In this document: in pieces, positions 61,819 through 64,000 of the stretch
Numbering within the stretch: position 1 is the stretch's first letter
How the letters are laid out: each line of letters opens with the position of its first letter
From: Burkholderiales bacterium
Lineage (GTDB): Bacteria; Pseudomonadota; Gammaproteobacteria; Burkholderiales; SG8-41
Direction: 5' to 3'
DNA: 64,000 nucleotides
Assembly (NCBI GenBank): GCA_036555615.1
Contig: DATBKZ010000054.1
Location: 660 to 64,659 of the forward strand
Notes under the pieces: generated by a model
Told to the model about the DNA's origin: nothing
What the model saw: the letters and a program-made list of their open reading frames with translations, nothing else
The model's database searches: none
Position numbers and translations under genes: made by a program

Positions 61819-62346
61819 ATGCTCAAGATCACCGGAATCATCATCGCCATCGCGGTCGCCGCCGTGCTCCTGCTCGCCGCGAACAAGCCCGATTTCTTCC
61901 GCGTCGAGCGCCGCGCCAGCATCCAGGCCCCGCCGGAAAAAATCTTTCCGCTCATCAACGACCTTCGCGCCTTCAATACCTGGAACCCATACGAGAAAAA
62001 GGATCCGAACCTGAAGGGTCGCTACAGCGGGCCCGCCAGCGGTCGCGGCGCGGGGTATGCTTTCGAAGGGAACAAGGACGTGGGCAAGGGCAGTGTCGAG
62101 ATTCTGGAGTCGTCGCCGCCCTCGAAAGTCACGATGAAGCTCTCCATGGTCGAGCCATTCAGGGCGGAGAACACAGTCGAGTTCACGCTTGTCCCCAAAG
62201 GCGGCGCGACCCGCGTCACCTGGGCCATGCAGGGACCGGCGCCGTTCATTGCGAAAGTGATCCACGTCTTCATCGACATGGACAAGATGGTCGGCAAGGA
62301 CTTCGAGTCCGGCCTTGCCAGTCTCAAGGTGATTGCGGAAAGGTAG
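61819..62346 (+). CDS. SRPBCC-family protein with an N-terminal TM helix
   Basis: 175 aa: MLKITGIIIAIAVAAVLLLAA, then a polyketide_cyc2-like beta-grip sequence (...FNTWNPYEKKDPNLK...GKGSVEILES...). Confidence 0.8.
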   Translation: MLKITGIIIAIAVAAVLLLAANKPDFFRVERRASIQAPPEKIFPLINDLRAFNTWNPYEKKDPNLKGRYSGPASGRGAGYAFEGNKDVGKGSVEILESSPPSKVTMKLSMVEPFRAENTVEFTLVPKGGATRVTWAMQGPAPFIAKVIHVFIDMDKMVGKDFESGLASLKVIAER

Positions 62347-62389
62347 CGGGCCCGGATCATTCACGTAATCGACACGAGGAGAGCACAAC

Positions 62390-62851
62390 ATGTCCAGGGT
62401 AAAGCCGGTTCCCGACGGAATGCACACCGTCACGCCGCACCTGGTTTGCGCCGGCGCGGCCAGTGCCATCGAGTTTTACAGGAAGGCGTTCAACGCCGTG
62501 GAGGAAGGGCGGCTGCCGGGCCCCGATGGAAGGCTCATGCACGCGATGATCCGCATCGAGGGCTCGCCCGTGATGCTGGTCGACGAAATGCCCGAGTGGG
62601 GCGCGTTGGGTCCGAAGTCCCTCAAGGGCTCGCCGGTCACGATCCACCTCTACGTTGAAAACGTCGACGCGTTCGTCAAGCGCGCAGTCGCGGCGGGCGC
62701 CAAGATCACGATGCCGGTCGCGGACCAGTTCTGGGGCGATCGCTACGGCAAGCTCGAGGATCCGTTCGGCCATTGCTGGTCGGTCGGCACGCACCTTCGC
62801 GACGTCAGTGTGGAGGAGATGCAGCAGGCCATGAAGAGAATGGGCGGCTGA
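62390..62851 (+). CDS. VOC-family protein (PhnB-like glyoxalase fold)
   Basis: 153 aa with VTPHLVCAGAASAIEFYRKAFNA, HAMIRIEGSPVMLVDE, and FWGDRYGKLEDPFGHCWSV. Confidence 0.85.
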   Translation: MSRVKPVPDGMHTVTPHLVCAGAASAIEFYRKAFNAVEEGRLPGPDGRLMHAMIRIEGSPVMLVDEMPEWGALGPKSLKGSPVTIHLYVENVDAFVKRAVAAGAKITMPVADQFWGDRYGKLEDPFGHCWSVGTHLRDVSVEEMQQAMKRMGG

Positions 62852-62869
62852 GCGGGAGGGGAGGAAACG

Positions 62870-63292
62870 ATGAAGTACTTGTGCCTGATATGCGCCGAGA
62901 AGGTGATGGAGCAGATGACCGAGGCCGATGCCGCGCGCCATTTCGAGGAGTACCGCACATTCATCGCGGACATCCGGGCGAGCGGCCACTACCTCGGATG
63001 CAATCGTCTGCTGCCGCCCGATAGCGCGACCACGATCCGCGTGCGCAAGGGCAAGGTTGCGGTCACCGACGGCCCGTGGGTCGAGACCAAGGAGCAGCTC
63101 GGCGGCTACTTTCTCATCGAGGCGCGGGATCTCGACGAGGCGATCGGCGTGGCGGCGCGGATTCCGGGCGCCTGGATCGGCTGCGTCGAGATCCGGCCGG
63201 TCGCGGAGGACGCGCGCACGCTCGAGGTCCTCGGGCTTTCCGGGGGGAAGGCGGCCGCGCGCGCGGCCGAAAATTCACACACACGCGGATGA
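62870..63292 (+). CDS. YciI-family (DGPF-domain) protein
   Basis: 140 aa with MKYLCLICAEK, VTDGPWVETKEQLGGYFLIEARDLDEAIGVAARIPG. Confidence 0.85.
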   Translation: MKYLCLICAEKVMEQMTEADAARHFEEYRTFIADIRASGHYLGCNRLLPPDSATTIRVRKGKVAVTDGPWVETKEQLGGYFLIEARDLDEAIGVAARIPGAWIGCVEIRPVAEDARTLEVLGLSGGKAAARAAENSHTRG

Positions 63293-63316
63293 ACGCGGAT
63301 CCGAAAGGGACGAACG

Positions 63317-64000
63317 ATGACACGCACGTCAAGAGGAGCAGCAATCCGCAAGTCAGGCGCGAAGTCACGCGCGCGCCGCGCGCTGGTGCTGGTCGCGACG
63401 CGCAAGGGCGCGTGGCTCTATCACAGCGACGGAGCGCGCAAGACCTGGCGCGCGGACGGCCCACATTTCCTCGGCCACAACGTGAGCCACCTCGTGCTCG
63501 ACCCGCGCGACGGCAGGACGCTCCTCGCCGCGGCGAAGACTGGCCATCTCGGGCCGACGATCTTCCGCTCAACCGACCTAGGGAAGAGCTGGAAGGAAGC
63601 CGCGCGGCCACCCGCGTTCGCAAAGGCCGCGGACGGCACCGGCCGCTCGGTGGACCACACCTTCTGGCTCGCACCGGGTCGCGTGCAGGACCGCGACGTG
63701 TGGTACGCGGGCACCTCGCCCCAAGGCTTGTTCCGATCGACGGACGGCGGCGTCGCGTGGGAGCCGTTCTCGATCATCAATGACGATCCGCAATTCCGCG
63801 AGTGGATGGGAACCGTGCAGGACGGCACGCCCGACGGGCCGAAGCTGCACTCGATCGTCGTCGATCCGCGCGACGCCCGGCACCTTTACATCGCGATGTC
63901 GGGCGGCGGCGTGCACGAATCCACCGACGGGGGCCGCACCTGGAAGACGCTCATCAAGGGATTGGACGTCGTGGAAGGCTTCGGCTTCGACCCGGCCAAG
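63317..64000 (+). CDS. BNR/Asp-box repeat (sialidase-fold, glycosyl-hydrolase-like) protein; 3' end beyond the window
   Basis: Not in the ORF track because it has no stop in the window. My translation is open from ATG 63317 to the window end. It contains three Asp-box-like motifs (STDLGKSW, STDGGVAW, STDGGRTW). Confidence 0.75.
   Translation, partial: MTRTSRGAAIRKSGAKSRARRALVLVATRKGAWLYHSDGARKTWRADGPHFLGHNVSHLVLDPRDGRTLLAAAKTGHLGPTIFRSTDLGKSWKEAARPPAFAKAADGTGRSVDHTFWLAPGRVQDRDVWYAGTSPQGLFRSTDGGVAWEPFSIINDDPQFREWMGTVQDGTPDGPKLHSIVVDPRDARHLYIAMSGGGVHESTDGGRTWKTLIKGLDVVEGFGFDPAK

Overview
This is a high-GC (roughly two-thirds G+C by eye), densely coding proteobacterial chromosome segment. Gene content points to a Burkholderiales-type betaproteobacterium; that is an inference and was not searched. 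I call about 70 protein-coding genes, two of which run off the window edges and so are missing from the supplied ORF track, plus 2 gene remnants. I see no rRNA, tRNA, CRISPR array, transposase or integrase.

The backbone is ordinary accessory catabolism:
- eight Bug/TctC-family solute receptors, with no TctA/TctB permease genes in the window;
- amidohydrolases, a hydantoinase, an M20 carbamoylase-like hydrolase, an IorAB-type molybdoenzyme, two GSTs, and FAH, TauD, SDR, MDR and Gfo/Idh/MocA oxidoreductases;
- LysR, AraC, Crp/Fnr and ECF sigma regulators.

Findings most worth a second look:
1. An AhpD/CMD-fold gene has an in-frame TGA exactly at the second Cys of its CxxC motif, with a hairpin just downstream. 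This is a candidate selenoprotein.
2. A tightly coupled four-gene lipoprotein operon encodes a BamE-like protein plus three mutually paralogous lipoproteins I cannot place in any family.
3. A signal-less S1-type serine protease is translationally coupled to a small secreted protein that resembles the protease's own N-terminal domain.
4. An mrcB / LpoP-like TPR lipoprotein / SLT-domain triplet has overlapping stop and start codons.
5. A lipoprotein carries the four-Cys pattern and sequence blocks of the endostatin / C-type-lectin fold.
6. A heptanucleotide-periodic purine-rich repeat, (RGGNTGA)n, is dispersed in intergenic regions and puts TGA in all three frames.
7. A perfect 27-bp tandem duplication has a core that recurs inverted about 215 bp away, bracketing an AT-rich ORF-less segment (MITE-like).
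8. A perfect TTGAT-N4-ATCAA box lies upstream of a hemerythrin gene, next to a Crp/Fnr regulator with an E--SR recognition helix.

All functional calls come from reading the translations. No database search was run.
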